From positions 1 through 41,578 of the IMG/VR virus record IMGVR_UViG_3300029171_000018: a stretch of 41,578 nt of DNA, one strand, 5' to 3'. Each line of letters begins with the position of its first letter. Position 1 is the first letter of the stretch. Position numbers and translations under genes: made by a program. This document shows, piece by piece, positions 17,804 to 25,119 of the stretch. The stretch is from a virus. Lineage: Duplodnaviria; Caudoviricetes. A model generated the notes under the pieces. It was given only the letters and a program-made list of their open reading frames with translations, made no database searches and was not told the DNA's origin.

Positions 17804-19678
17804 TTATTCTGAGTACGCTATTTTCTTCAGGTCGTCCCCGGTGATCTGGTCGGACAGTTCGACCTTCTTCTCGAGCTTGTTGAGGATGTAGGCGTCGACG
17901 GTCTGTCTTGCCACTAGGTCGTAGTACACGCATGTGTTCCCTTGTCCTAAGCGGTGAATACGATCTTGGCTCTGCAACCTGTCTGTCAAGCTGAAGCTGT
18001 TGGAGTAGTACACGCAGTAACTGGCCGCCGTCAGTGTGATCCCCATGCCCCCAGCCGCCGCTGTCCCAACGAACACTTGGTTCCCTTCCACGCTCTGGAA
18101 GTCACGGACCGCTTGCTCCCTCTCCTCCGTCGTCTCATCCCCAGTGAACCGGTACGCCACTCTCCCTAATGAGCGGCACAGCTCCGCGATCAACCGGACC
18201 TCTTCCTTGAACTTGGCCCATACCAACACCTTCTTGTCCCCCAACTCTTCCAACAGCTCCTCCAGGTTCTTAAGCTTCGACACCCCGGTTGCATGAACCT
18301 GCAACTGACTCCCCACCATGTTCTGAATGAACCCTCCCGTGATCTGCTGCAACCGCATGAGCTTCACGATCGCGATCGACGCTGCGATCTTGTGGTCGCC
18401 AACCTCCGCGATCATATCGTCCGCCATCCCCTTGTACACCCTCCGCTCTTCAGGGCTAAGGTCGAACTCACGCCTAATGAAGATCTTCTCAGGCAAATCA
18501 AGACACTCTTCCTTCAGCACCCTGTACGAGTACCGGTCCACCTTCTTCTTCAACTCGTCCATGTTCCGGAACCGCTTGATGATCGGGAAGCCAGCCCCGG
18601 TATAGATGTCGCAGTACCGACTGCGGAAGGCGTAGAAGTTGGGGTGCAAGTGGCCAGGGCGGATCCAGTCCATGATCGACCAGACATCCAGCGGGTTGTT
18701 CGCAACCGGCGTGCCGGTCATGGCGAGCTTGTAGCGTGTCTTGATCGCCTTCAGCGCCTTCGTCCTCTTGGCCTTGTGGGACTTGATGGCCGTCGCTTCA
18801 TCGGCGATCACAAGCTCAGGGGCGAAGGTTGCGATCTCTTTGGCGTACTTGGTGAGGGACTCGTAGTTGGTGATGATCACCTTGAACCTTCGCTTGACCG
18901 CCATAAAGATATTGAAATCTTTTTTGCGCCCAGAGGGGATGAGTGTTAACCATTCTCTCTTTGATGCCTCTCTAATCTCTCTCTCCCAATTCAGTTTGAG
19001 CGAATTCGGACAAACGACAAGCACTCTCTCAACGTTCATCAAGTTCATCGCGCCGATCGACATTAATGTTTTCCCACAATTATGAACAATGATTCCGTTT
19101 GCTACGAAATTACGATAAGGATCCTCCATTACAATATCATAAACTTTTACGACATTTCCCTTGCTGACCGATTCAATATAATCCACCTTGGGAACATACA
19201 TAGGTATCCCATTAGTCAACACCTCGTCATTAACGCTTAAAGAATCAGCTCTTGCCCATCCATTTGGAATAGCGATTTCATGGTCTGCTGTGACCGTAAT
19301 GGTCTTTCCTGATTTTAATATTATATTTAAAGTTGGCTTTTCCCCCTGATAAATAACTTCTTTAATTTTATTGGCTCTCAGAATCCCATCACATAAAGAT
19401 CTTGTATAAGTAGGGATATTAAGATCCCATTTGTATCCCTTACCCCATCTTCCAGAAGATCCCCCATTGAACTTATGGAATAAATCTTTTAATTTTATCT
19501 TAAATCCTCTGCCGGCTCGATTGATTTGCAATTCTACATTGCCATCAATGCAACCTGGCTCGGAGAAGTTGGCGAACCCTTCCTTGCTCGCCAAGTGTCT
19601 TTCAATCCCGACAATCTGGTGACGGTACGGAGTGATTTTAAGCTGCATAAAATTGGCGGTTTTGACCAGGTCCGCCAA
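17804..19678 (-). CDS. SNF2-family (SF2) helicase containing an intein
   Basis: EPG/CGKT Walker A split by the intein; TNYESL, DEAT, MTGTPVAN and QSQDRIHRLGQ motifs. Confidence 0.92.
   Translation of the reverse strand: MADLVKTANFMQLKITPYRHQIVGIERHLASKEGFANFSEPGCIDGNVELQINRAGRGFKIKLKDLFHKFNGGSSGRWGKGYKWDLNIPTYTRSLCDGILRANKIKEVIYQGEKPTLNIILKSGKTITVTADHEIAIPNGWARADSLSVNDEVLTNGIPMYVPKVDYIESVSKGNVVKVYDIVMEDPYRNFVANGIIVHNCGKTLMSIGAMNLMNVERVLVVCPNSLKLNWEREIREASKREWLTLIPSGRKKDFNIFMAVKRRFKVIITNYESLTKYAKEIATFAPELVIADEATAIKSHKAKRTKALKAIKTRYKLAMTGTPVANNPLDVWSIMDWIRPGHLHPNFYAFRSRYCDIYTGAGFPIIKRFRNMDELKKKVDRYSYRVLKEECLDLPEKIFIRREFDLSPEERRVYKGMADDMIAEVGDHKIAASIAIVKLMRLQQITGGFIQNMVGSQLQVHATGVSKLKNLEELLEELGDKKVLVWAKFKEEVRLIAELCRSLGRVAYRFTGDETTEEREQAVRDFQSVEGNQVFVGTAAAGGMGITLTAASYCVYYSNSFSLTDRLQSQDRIHRLGQGNTCVYYDLVARQTVDAYILNKLEKKVELSDQITGDDLKKIAYSE
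19079..19552 (-). mobile_element. Mini-intein (158 aa, no homing endonuclease)
   Basis: Starts CIDG, block B TVTADH, block F VYDIVM..NFVANG, ends VHN followed by Cys+1; visibly more AT-rich than its flanks. Confidence 0.93.
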
Positions 19679-19699
19679 CCTGTTGGGGTTAGGGGGATT

Positions 19700-19990
19700 C
19701 TACTGAAACGATGCAAGGAGCTGCCCGTTGATGAGCGGCGAGTAAGTCTTGTCAGCCAGGATGATCTCTAGGATCTTCCGAGCGTCTGCGTCATCGAACT
19801 CAGTCGTGGCGCCTGAAGGATACACCTTCATCGCGATCGCGTAAAGCTTGCCAACGTCCAGCTTGCCGTCACGATGGCTAAGCAGGATGTTCGCCAGCGC
19901 ACGGCCGTAAGTGAAGCCCTCGGCGCCTTCTATCTGCAACGGCTCGCCGGCCAGGTCGGTGAACTTCTTCGATAAGTCTACTACTTTCAT
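19700..19990 (-). CDS. Hypothetical protein
   Basis: 96 aa, strong AAGGAGG RBS. Confidence 0.7.
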   Translation of the reverse strand: MKVVDLSKKFTDLAGEPLQIEGAEGFTYGRALANILLSHRDGKLDVGKLYAIAMKVYPSGATTEFDDADARKILEIILADKTYSPLINGQLLASFQ

Positions 19991-20008
19991 GTCTTCCTCC
20001 TTTAGTGG

Positions 20009-20146
20009 TTAATAAGAACAAATGCTCTCACAATAGCCCCATTGATGACCTTGGTTGACGCAGTTGGAGAAACATTGCTGATCAATGATCTTCGCCCCTG
20101 CGTACATGCTAACGATCACTAACAATAACAAGATTGCTTTCTTCAT
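20009..20146 (-). CDS. Secreted 45-aa four-Cys peptide (absent from ORF track)
   Basis: MKKAILLLLVIVSMYAGA signal peptide followed by KIIDQQCFSNCVNQGHQWGYCESICSY; AAGGAAGAG upstream. Confidence 0.7.
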   Translation of the reverse strand: MKKAILLLLVIVSMYAGAKIIDQQCFSNCVNQGHQWGYCESICSY

Positions 20147-20341
20147 TTCACTCTTCCTTTCCTATTTCTTTCGATGTTGGTAGGTTGTAATCAATTTTAT
20201 TCATGCGCTGAATGCTTTTTATTCACATAGTTCTCGTGTTTAAACGGTTGGAGGTATTTGCTTGCTCAGAAACCAATCGCGCTTGATTCCTTTGCCATAT
20301 CCCCAGATCCTCCGAACTGGGCTCGATCGATTCATTTAAAT

Positions 20342-20490
20342 TTTAATCCATAGGCAGGGCTTGATACCTGCTTGAAGGCTTTACCAGGTATGCAGTACGG
20401 GATTTAAACCCTACGCGTTCCAGCGCTGCAAGTTCCCCCTATCCTTCCATCGGGGGGATGCTGTGTCCTTCCACAGCGCTATGGATTAAA
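20342..20490 (-). ncRNA. Structured tRNA-like non-coding RNA of unknown family
   Basis: 12-bp closing stem, GCTGTG/CACAGC arm, GCAGG-TATCAAGC-CCTGC arm abutting the 3' strand, internal hairpins; non-coding gap. Confidence 0.7.
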
Positions 20491-20640
20491 TTAATCTTTC
20501 TTCTCTCTCCAACCTTCTTTAGTAAGGGTGTATGTTACTGACTGTTCATTCACAGTAATTTTTGGAGAACAGCGAACGCACCTATCTTTTTGTTCATGAT
20601 GCCACTTACGCCCGAATATTTTACAGAGTAGTTTCTTCAC
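20491..20640 (-). CDS. Small Cys protein, DUF1660-like
   Basis: GTG start after GGAG; KKLLCKIFGRKW...CVRC. Confidence 0.55.
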   Translation of the reverse strand: MKKLLCKIFGRKWHHEQKDRCVRCSPKITVNEQSVTYTLTKEGWREKKD

Positions 20641-20785
20641 GCTTCTCCACAACAACATACATAGTTGGATGAACTTGATAGAAAAACCTCCCACATCTCT
20701 TGCAAGCCACATAATGACTGTCGTCAGGCTTCTCGGCCTTCATGATTGGATTATGCCCAAACAGTTTACAGAGGAGACGGGTCAT
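20621..20785 (-). CDS. Small Cys protein, DUF1660-like (absent from ORF track)
   Basis: MTRLLCKLFGH...CKRCG, 54 aa, ATGA-coupled. Confidence 0.65.
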   Translation of the reverse strand: MTRLLCKLFGHNPIMKAEKPDDSHYVACKRCGRFFYQVHPTMYVVVEKREETTL

Positions 20786-20985
20786 TTTGATTCCATGATC
20801 TTTGCATAAATTAAAGTTTCTCTATTTTCATATTCTTCATGTAATTTTCGGAACAGTTCTAAACATTCATTATCTATAGATGGCCAAATGCTCCCTTTAA
20901 TCGCAGGCGCAGGAGAACTGACTATTTCGTCCTCAGTTTTTGGATGCGGAGACTTAGGTAATTTATCCCAGCTTATTTTGGTCAT
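20782..20985 (-). CDS. Hypothetical protein
   Basis: ATGA-coupled ORF. Confidence 0.55.
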   Translation of the reverse strand: MTKISWDKLPKSPHPKTEDEIVSSPAPAIKGSIWPSIDNECLELFRKLHEEYENRETLIYAKIMESK

Positions 20986-21188
20986 TTCTTATCTTCCTTA
21001 AAAAGGTAGTTAAGTTGCTCATCGGTTTTACGAAGGATCATTTCTGCCTCTGTTCTAGTAAGGCGTATCATCCCCAATTCGGTTTCAATAACTATAAGAG
21101 CATCGAAATCCCACACATCTATGAGGGAAAAACTGCGCTGAACCTGCTTCTCATTATTTACTGCGAACCAACTGTATTTCATAAACAT
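20982..21188 (-). CDS. Hypothetical protein
   Basis: Tightly packed ORF. Confidence 0.5.
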   Translation of the reverse strand: MFMKYSWFAVNNEKQVQRSFSLIDVWDFDALIVIETELGMIRLTRTEAEMILRKTDEQLNYLFKEDKK

Positions 21189-21341
21189 TCATTCTATTAC
21201 GGAAGTAGTAGTAACTATTTTAGGAGTATTCCAACAAAGACACGTAGGTATTACTGGTGGTGGTGTTACACTATACCACCCTCCGGTTTCTTGATAATAA
21301 GGAGCTCCACATTTCCCACAATGACCTGTTATCGATTCCAT
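21189..21341 (-). CDS. Small Cys-rich protein (absent from ORF track)
   Basis: MESITGHCGKCGAPYY...PPPVIPTCLCWN, 50 aa; TAATG-coupled to YopX, GGAGG RBS. Confidence 0.6.
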   Translation of the reverse strand: MESITGHCGKCGAPYYQETGGWYSVTPPPVIPTCLCWNTPKIVTTTSVIE

Positions 21342-21733
21342 TATTTCACCTCCAACAATTCAGGATGTTGATGTATGTTGCCGATGACTTCTAAGGTGTA
21401 GAAAAACGTTGCATCTAAGTAAAATCCACAAATTAAAATATCGCCTTCAATATCTTCATACTTTTCCTTCGCATGTTCCCATTCAACTACTTGCCTGAAA
21501 ACCTTTCCATTAGGGCCATCTTCCGGTAATCTAGAAAGGACATCTCCCTCATAAATCTCCACACCATTCTTATCCTTCAGCCCAGTGAACTGCATCAACA
21601 CCGAGCCGCCACGGCATTGATGATCAGGCCCAGGACCATACCAAAGCAGCATGTCTTTCTCCCACTTCAGCTCTGTGACTGGATACATGGTTTTGTTTTC
21701 AGGGCTCCATGCTCGAAATTTGATTGGTATCAT
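21341..21733 (-). CDS. YopX family protein
   Basis: KFRAW, LMQFTGLKDKNGVEIYEGD, EVIGNIHQHPELL; start reassigned to ATG 21733. Confidence 0.92.
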   Translation of the reverse strand: MIPIKFRAWSPENKTMYPVTELKWEKDMLLWYGPGPDHQCRGGSVLMQFTGLKDKNGVEIYEGDVLSRLPEDGPNGKVFRQVVEWEHAKEKYEDIEGDILICGFYLDATFFYTLEVIGNIHQHPELLEVK

Positions 21734-22128
21734 TCCCCCTCCGATGGACACTTGGTTAGAAAGGCGCGGGCTTTCTCTGAAGGATGAGCCCCTTCGCAAT
21801 AAAGGCTATCGCCATCCCAGTTCTCTTCATTGCCATAGAACTCAATCACAGCTCTGGCCTCAGCGAGTTCTTGTTTAAAATAATTTCTAAGCATGCGGAG
21901 TGTAAGAACGGTTTGCTTTAATTCTGAATCATCCCCGGAGACACAAAGGCCACGAGTGTGCTCGATTTGTTGCTTCAACTCTTCACGGTCTTGGAGAAGT
22001 CCTTGAATATCATTGCGAGCATGATGGTAGAAGTTAGTAGCTGCTTCTGTAACAACCGTCCCCCATATAGGAGGCGCGCAGGTTGAAACTCTTTCTTTGA
22101 TTTCTTTTAATTGTTCTTCACTCAGCAT
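21730..22128 (-). CDS. Hypothetical coiled-coil phage protein
   Basis: EEQLKEIKER..HARNDI..LL and IEFYG..ENW..GEKARA-type modules. Confidence 0.6.
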   Translation of the reverse strand: MLSEEQLKEIKERVSTCAPPIWGTVVTEAATNFYHHARNDIQGLLQDREELKQQIEHTRGLCVSGDDSELKQTVLTLRMLRNYFKQELAEARAVIEFYGNEENWDGDSLYCEGAHPSEKARAFLTKCPSEGE

Positions 22129-22381
22129 TTGATTTCCTTTTCTCTAATTCCTTCTCTTCAACGAACTTCTCAAACTTCTTTACAAATTCCTCATTAATAT
22201 TTCTTGCGTTTTCCCAATATTCTCTTTGAAGCTTAATTGACCAATCTGGTTCTCTCCCTTCCTTGAACCAGTCTGGAGCATCAGGGCGTTGGCCGCCCAT
22301 AATAACTTCACCAACAAACGGTTCGGCGCGAGTGCACTGACACTCAAAACCATTAAGTTTACACATTGGGCATAGTTGCAT
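22118..22381 (-). CDS. Hypothetical Cys-rich protein
   Basis: MQLCPMC...ECQC; GGAG upstream. Confidence 0.5.
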   Translation of the reverse strand: MQLCPMCKLNGFECQCTRAEPFVGEVIMGGQRPDAPDWFKEGREPDWSIKLQREYWENARNINEEFVKKFEKFVEEKELEKRKSNAE

Positions 22382-22517
22382 TGATCTCTCCTTCCTCCAC
22401 ACACCCAGCGCAAGCCCAACCATGATCTTCATCAAGCTCCCACTTCTCTTTGTCCTTGTGGCATACAGGACATTCGAAGGAGGTTGGGGTGGGGGGATCG
22501 ATGTTGTCGTCGTTCAT
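22359..22517 (-). CDS. Small Zn-finger protein
   Basis: CPVC...CAGC; ATGA-coupled start. Confidence 0.5.
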   Translation of the reverse strand: MNDDNIDPPTPTSFECPVCHKDKEKWELDEDHGWACAGCVEEGEINATMPNV

Positions 22518-22681
22518 TTCTTTTCTTCCATAAATAATTGATCTAGCACCCGACAAATATCCAACTTCAACTCGTGGAGTTGAAGAGGCCAAGACGTTAT
22601 TAAATATTCTTGTTCCTTGTTTTGATAATTCATACGGTACGCGCCACCGTCATAAGAAATATCGATTATGCAACCTTTCAT
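22514..22681 (-). CDS. Hypothetical protein
   Basis: MKGCIIDISY..., TAATG coupling. Confidence 0.5.
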   Translation of the reverse strand: MKGCIIDISYDGGAYRMNYQNKEQEYLITSWPLQLHELKLDICRVLDQLFMEEKK

Positions 22682-22869
22682 TATTTCTCTTCCTCCACTG
22701 GAACAGCCACCCACACATTCCCGGATGCGGGCCATTTGATGAACTCGTACCGCCCTGCGTTTAGGTTTATCTCCATCTTGGCGTGCATTTCGGTTTCGCA
22801 ATCATGCCTGCCATCTTCAAGGATGCAGGTTGAGCCGCAGATCGGGCAGGTTGCATTAGGGCTTTTCAT
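22681..22869 (-). CDS. Small Zn-finger protein with FIKWPAS module
   Basis: CPICG...HDC; AAGGAG RBS. Confidence 0.55.
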   Translation of the reverse strand: MKSPNATCPICGSTCILEDGRHDCETEMHAKMEINLNAGRYEFIKWPASGNVWVAVPVEEEK

Positions 22870-22870
22870 A

Positions 22871-23533
22871 TTATTTATCTCCTTCTTGTATTGGAACATC
22901 GACCCATAGATTGTCTGATGCGGGCCATTTAATAAACGCAGACTCTAAATATCTTTTAGCTTCATCTTCACTACGAAAAAGCTTGTCAGTTAAGGAATAT
23001 TCAGTCTCTTCAATCCCTTCTAGATTTAATTCGTATAATATAATCAAAGCCGGCGCCATGCGGATGGTTTTGGGTTTAGGGACATACTCTTCAAAGGCTT
23101 CCTCGATCCAATCAGCGAGCAACGTTACTCTAATCGTATGGCTTGATTTGAAATCGGGTGTTCGGGAGTATTCAATCTTAGGTGCACGCCCTTCTTCCTT
23201 AATGAATCTGCAATACTTTCCGCTGTCTTTCCTTCGATACACCTTTCCCTCTTCAAACCAGACTTCAGGCTTGGGCTCTTCGTAGGAAGGGGAGGGGATT
23301 TGAAACGGGTATTGGTGGATGATCGTGTCCCCTCCAAATGTAAATCGGGGCTCTTCGTAGAGTTCCATAGATTCTTCAGCCCGACTAATCTTATCCCAAC
23401 ATTCGGTATCTTCCTTGGTTTGAAATACAACGATCGTTTCCCCTATGAACTTAATGGTCCAATAATCGTCTTTCTTCCATACGGGATGTCGAACCTTCTT
23501 ACCAATGTGATCTTTAGTTAGCTTGAATGTCAT
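22871..23533 (-). CDS. Modular hypothetical protein
   Basis: 220 aa; shares its N- and C-terminal modules with its neighbours. Confidence 0.65.
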   Translation of the reverse strand: MTFKLTKDHIGKKVRHPVWKKDDYWTIKFIGETIVVFQTKEDTECWDKISRAEESMELYEEPRFTFGGDTIIHQYPFQIPSPSYEEPKPEVWFEEGKVYRRKDSGKYCRFIKEEGRAPKIEYSRTPDFKSSHTIRVTLLADWIEEAFEEYVPKPKTIRMAPALIILYELNLEGIEETEYSLTDKLFRSEDEAKRYLESAFIKWPASDNLWVDVPIQEGDK

Positions 23534-23732
23534 TTAAAAGTTCCTCCCATTTTTCCTCGTTAGCGTGATGATAAACCTCCTCAACGCCGTCCTTATTAAC
23601 GCCCCCAACTAAGCACACGCCGTCTTGATCAGGCTCGTCGTTCACCCATTCTACCAACAGGTAGTCTTCGTTGCCCCACCCCTCAAACAATACTTTCTTG
23701 CCCACATGGGCTTCAGTTAGTTTGAATGGCAT
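23514..23732 (-). CDS. Hypothetical protein with FKLT..H.GKKV module
   Basis: GGAGG RBS. Confidence 0.6.
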   Translation of the reverse strand: MPFKLTEAHVGKKVLFEGWGNEDYLLVEWVNDEPDQDGVCLVGGVNKDGVEEVYHHANEEKWEELLNDIQAN

Positions 23733-23750
23733 CTTCGTTATCCTCCCTCT

Positions 23751-23957
23751 TCAATGTTTCGCATGCGAGCGCCAAATCCCTGCGGGAGGATTATCAGCGG
23801 CGGCAAGCATGCCTGAAAGAAACGCGACCATCCCTGTCACGCAGTCACGCTTATGCTGATTACTTATCGGCAGCGCGTTAATCTCAATGGCTATTTCAGT
23901 CATCTTGTTAGTTACATACTCTTCCACTACCTTATGCTCTCTCTCACAGCTCATCAC
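23751..23957 (-). CDS. Hypothetical protein
   Basis: Coupled ORF. Confidence 0.5.
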   Translation of the reverse strand: MMSCEREHKVVEEYVTNKMTEIAIEINALPISNQHKRDCVTGMVAFLSGMLAAADNPPAGIWRSHAKH

Positions 23958-24181
23958 TTCCCTCTCACTTCGTTCAGCTTCCCCAGCACCAGCATCCGAG
24001 CATAGTCGTTCGCTCTGGTGCCCATGGTGAGTGCGATGTCGCGCAGCTTCTCGTGCTGTAAGGGGGTGAGGTAGAAGCTGACCAGTTGGGTCTTCTTCGT
24101 GTCCTCGCTCATTAACGGCGTATGGGAAGACTCTTCAGGGATTCCCAAGATTGGTTGGATTAGGGTTTCGTCGTCTTGCAT
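23954..24181 (-). CDS. Ribbon-helix-helix-like DNA-binding protein
   Basis: VSFYLTPLQHEKLRDIA..G....YARMLV pattern. Confidence 0.55.
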   Translation of the reverse strand: MQDDETLIQPILGIPEESSHTPLMSEDTKKTQLVSFYLTPLQHEKLRDIALTMGTRANDYARMLVLGKLNEVRGK

Positions 24182-24570
24182 GGTGCTATTCCTTTAATGA
24201 TGATTGTTAAGAGTTCCATTGCTTGATCACTAATCTTATCAGTAGCTATCGGGTGAATGTTAGGGGCGATGCTCTTGGCTGCGTTGTCTCCCTTGATCAA
24301 CCTCGGCTCTGCGCTCCATTCCACTACCTCGATACCCGCCCTGTTTAGCCTTTGCGCTTCGTGTATCTGTATCTTGCTAAGCCGTCCCTCACTCCCCTTC
24401 GCCTCTATCCAAAGCACGGTGCCCTCATAGGCTACGAAGAAGTCAGGGATACCCGAGTTGTAGCGCTCTGACATCGACTTCCAGTACAGGTTAGGGTGAG
24501 AGTCTTGCGCTTGGCGCAACAGACCAATGATCCGCTTCTTCACCGCTGCCTCTTTGACCTGTTGTCTCAT
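24160..24570 (-). CDS. VRR-NUC domain nuclease
   Basis: SGIPDF, WIEAK, GRLSKIQ motifs. Confidence 0.85.
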   Translation of the reverse strand: MRQQVKEAAVKKRIIGLLRQAQDSHPNLYWKSMSERYNSGIPDFFVAYEGTVLWIEAKGSEGRLSKIQIHEAQRLNRAGIEVVEWSAEPRLIKGDNAAKSIAPNIHPIATDKISDQAMELLTIIIKGIAPCKTTKP

Positions 24571-24830
24571 GCTGTCCTCCCACGCCTCTTGTCATTGATG
24601 ACATCAAACAGGGTGCAACCTTCAGGCTCTATGGGCTCAGCTGGCTCTAAGGCTTGGAACGCCCCAGGGTTGGCAGCTAACTTGTCCTCTAAGTCCATGT
24701 ACTCAAGCAGTGCTTTGGCCAAGATCGCTGTCACTGTTAGGCCGCTACGGTCCCTCAGGGCTATCAAGCGCTTATGGTCTTGAGGGGTTAGCTTAGTTGT
24801 GATTGTAAATCCTTTGGTCTTCTTTGGCAT
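24567..24830 (-). CDS. Ribbon-helix-helix (CopG-like) regulator
   Basis: ITTKLTPQDHKRL..LRDRSGLTVTAILAKALLEY. Confidence 0.6.
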   Translation of the reverse strand: MPKKTKGFTITTKLTPQDHKRLIALRDRSGLTVTAILAKALLEYMDLEDKLAANPGAFQALEPAEPIEPEGCTLFDVINDKRRGRTA

Positions 24831-24837
24831 GTTATTG

Positions 24838-24866
24838 CATCTATTTTAATTTGCCTTTGGTGTCAA
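24838..24866 (-). promoter_or_regulatory. Possible sigma70 promoter
   Basis: TTGACA-17 nt-TAGATG just upstream of ATG 24830. Confidence 0.35.
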
Positions 24867-25119
24867 TGTTATTCGTGTTATTCGTGTTATTCGTTGGGCT
24901 CGTATGGATTAAGATCGTCTCAGGGCGCAAGGCTTCCAGTTGCTCACTGTAGGTTAAGGGGTGATCGACGATCATGACGCGCTCTCTTGGCATGAACCCC
25001 ACAAACAGGGTGACGATCACGGAGATGCCGACAATGAGTATCAGGGCTAGGTAGAGGAAGAACTTGTTGTCGCTCCTTTTTTTAATTATCTTTAAAGCGC
25101 GTAAGCGTAGTGGTTTCAT
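24841..25119 (-). CDS. Single-TM membrane protein
   Basis: FFLYLALILIVGISVIVTLFVGF. Confidence 0.55.
   Translation of the reverse strand: MKPLRLRALKIIKKRSDNKFFLYLALILIVGISVIVTLFVGFMPRERVMIVDHPLTYSEQLEALRPETILIHTSPTNNTNNTNNIDTKGKLK
24867..24895 (+). repeat. Tandem 9-mer (TGTTATTCG)x3
   Basis: Direct reading; encodes TNN repeats in 24841-25119. Confidence 0.8.

Noticed and set aside
12112-19085. Many long + strand ORFs antisense to replication genes (e.g. 13022-13525, 18293-18949)
   Set aside because: Shadow ORFs produced by codon bias of the real minus-strand genes; no motifs
20342-20490. Canonical tRNA, tmRNA or SRP RNA
   Set aside because: No 7-nt anticodon loop in the right place, no CCA, too short for tmRNA, and GGAAGG lacks the SRP helix-8 context
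24867-24895. CRISPR-like or iteron repeats
   Set aside because: Simple in-frame 9-mer coding repeat with no spacers
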